Positions 7,922 to 9,636 of a stretch of 9,636 bases of DNA are shown here, piece by piece; within the stretch, counting starts at the first letter, position 1, and each line of letters opens with the position of its first letter. The stretch spans positions 1 through 9,636 of the forward strand of contig NW_021827888.1 of the NCBI RefSeq assembly GCF_006345805.1, read 5' to 3'. The DNA is from Octopus sinensis. Its lineage: Eukaryota. A program made the translations under genes and the position numbers. A model generated the notes under the pieces. It was not told where the DNA came from, made no database searches, and saw only the letters and a program-made list of their open reading frames with translations.

Positions 7922-8528
7922 TTCTTATTTCTTTATTGCCCACAAGGGGCTAAACATAGAGGAGACAAACAAGGACAGACAAAGGGATTAAGTCGATTAC
8001 ATCGACCACCAGTGCGTAACTGGTACTTAATTTATTGACCCCGAAAGGATGAAAGACAAAGTCGACCCCGGCGGAATTTGAATTCAGAACGTAACGGTAG
8101 ACGAAATACCTATTTCTTTACTACCCACAAGGGGCTAAAAACAGAAGGGACAAACAAGGAGAGACAAAGGGATTAAGTCGATTACATCGACCACCAGTGC
8201 GTAACTGGTATTTAATTTATCGACCCCGAAAGGATGAAAGACAAAGTCGACCCCGGCGGAATTTGAATTCAGAACGTAACGGCAGATGAAGTACCTATTT
8301 CTTTACTACCCACAAAGAGCTAAATACAGAGGGGACAAACAAGGACAGACAAAGGGATTAAGTCGATTACATCGACCCCAGTGCGTAACTGGTACTTAAT
8401 TTATCGAACGCGAAGGGATAAAAGGCAAAGTCGACCTCGGCGGAATTTGAACTCAGAACGTAACAACAGACGAAATACCGCTAAGCATTTCACCCGGCGT
8501 GCTAACGTTTCTGCCAGCTCACCGCCTC
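7922..8528 (-). mobile_element. tRNA-derived SINE, family B, with one head and three tandem ~185-bp body units
   Basis: On the minus strand the head reads GAGGCGGTGAGCTGGCAGAAACG (A-box at 8506-8516), with B-box GAGTTCAAATTCC (8442-8454). Units are 7926-8110, 8111-8295 and 8296-8479, followed by an (AAGAAAT)n tail. A 12-bp TSD ATTGCTTCTTAT lies at 7910-7921 and 8529-8540. Confidence 0.93.
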
Positions 8529-8540
8529 ATTGCTTCTTAT

Positions 8541-8920
8541 ACTCTTTTACTCTCTTTTTACTCTTTTACTTGTTTTAGTCATTTGACTGTGGCCATGCTG
8601 GAGCACCACCTTTTAGTCGAGCAAATCGACCCCAGGACTTATTCTTTGTAAGCCTAGTACTTATTCTATCGGTCTCTTTTGCCGAACCCCTACGTTACGG
8701 AGACGTAAACACACCAGCATTGGTTGTCAAGCGATGTTGGACACACACACACACACACATACATATATTCATATATACGACGGGCTTCTTTCAGATTCCG
8801 TCTACCAAATCCAATTCACAAGGCTTTGGTCGGCCCGAGGCTATAGTAGAAGACACTTGCCCAAGGTGCCATGCAGTGGGATTGAACCCGGAAACATGTG
8901 GTTCGTAAGCAAGCTACTTA
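8541..8920 (-). mobile_element. SINE family A, copy A2 (5' end missing)
   Basis: The reverse complement aligns with 621-1058. B-box GGGTTCAATCCC lies at 8878-8889, the internal microsatellite at ~8741-8778 and the tail repeats at 8541-8570. Homology stops at ~8920, so most of the A-box is absent. Confidence 0.92.
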
Positions 8921-9198
8921 TCATTTTTATATTTAATGTTCAGTGCATTAAATATGTTCACACTAACAAATTATTGTCTAGCTTGTTAAATCACTCTGTG
9001 TACTCTTGTCACACATAGAGCTTATTAATCCACTTTCGCAAAATACACACTGGATGTTGTATAAATGAATTATACGAATTTTCTTGCGGCATTATTTCAC
9101 TAAAGAAAAAGCGACAGATTTACAGAATAGGTAGTATTTTAGTATTTGTTGAAGTTTCTTAGTAATTTCAGTTCAAATCCGATACAAGTGAGTGTTAT

Positions 9199-9608
9199 AC
9201 TCTTACTCTTTTTATTCTTTTACTCTTTTACTTGTTTCAGTCATTTGACTGTGGTCATGCTGGAGCACCGCCTTTAGTCGAGCAAATAGACCCCAAGACT
9301 TATTCTTTGTAAGCCTAGTACTTATTCTATCGTCTCTTTTGCCGAACCGTTAAGTTACGGGGACGCAAAGACACCAGCATCGGTTGTCAAGCGATGTTGG
9401 GAGACAAACACAAACACACAAACATATACACATACATATATATATACGACGGGCTTCTTTCAGTTTCCGTCTACCAAATACACTCACAAGGTTTTGGTCG
9501 GCCTGAGGCTATAGTTGAAGACACTTGCCCAAGGTGCCACGCAGTGAGACTGAACCCGGAACCATGTGGTTCGTTACAACCAACTTACCACACAGCCACT
9601 ACAACTCC
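9199..9608 (-). mobile_element. SINE family A, copy A3 (full length)
   Basis: The reverse complement has head GTGGCTGTGTGGTAAG, B-box GGGTTCAGTCTC, an internal microsatellite at ~9405-9447, hairpin CAGTCAAATGACTG and tail repeats at 9199-9232. Flanks are not homologous to those of A2, so this is an independent insertion. Confidence 0.92.
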
Positions 9609-9636
9609 ATTTCTTGAAGTCCGTTCCTGCTAAGCC

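Noticed and set aside
7926-8479. CRISPR-like array or retrozyme interpretation of the 3x185-bp repeat
   Set aside because: There are no unique spacers or cas genes and the context is eukaryotic. I found no CUGANGA...GAAA hammerhead core on either strand of the unit, and the A/B-boxes, tail and TSD explain it as a SINE.
9150-9193. Possible 16-nt microexon (TTTCAG|9172-9187|GTGAGT), overlapping a B-box-like GTTCAAATCC
   Set aside because: Length is not a multiple of 3, there is no supporting gene context, and such motif pairs arise by chance in AT-rich DNA.
8541-9608. A2 and A3 as a local tandem duplication
   Set aside because: Their flanks are not homologous and each has many private substitutions; independent insertions fit better.
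303-9633. Most ORFs in the supplied track (e.g. 624-920, 2653-2958, 2965-3237, 6309-6704, 8734-9018, 9394-9633)
   Set aside because: They are stop-free only because they run through CV/IY/HT microsatellite repeats or SINE sequence; no domain is recognisable.

Overview
Eukaryotic, AT-rich, repeat-dense DNA with no supportable host coding exon, RNA gene or CRISPR array. The SINE families and dense (TA)/(TG)/(CT) microsatellites point to an Octopus-type cephalopod genome, either intron or intergenic (inferred, not verified). It contains five tRNA-derived SINE copies from three families: family A at 621-1058 (+), 8541-8920 (-) and 9199-9608 (-); a CORE-type SINE at 2863-3123 (+); and family B at 7922-8528 (-), a tandem trimer of ~185-bp units inside one 12-bp TSD. 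There is also a near full-length dead mariner (D34D) at 5149-6365 with both ITRs, a deleted Tc1-like fossil at ~1108-1876, and many microsatellites. Two blocks are unexplained: 3490-4880, with partly stop-depleted frames, and 6589-7110, pyrimidine-rich and hairpin-forming. Most ORFs in the supplied track are microsatellite or SINE artefacts. I see no convincing new protein-based system. The most interesting signals are the architecture and history of the trimeric SINE and a bipartite core shared by two otherwise unrelated SINE families.
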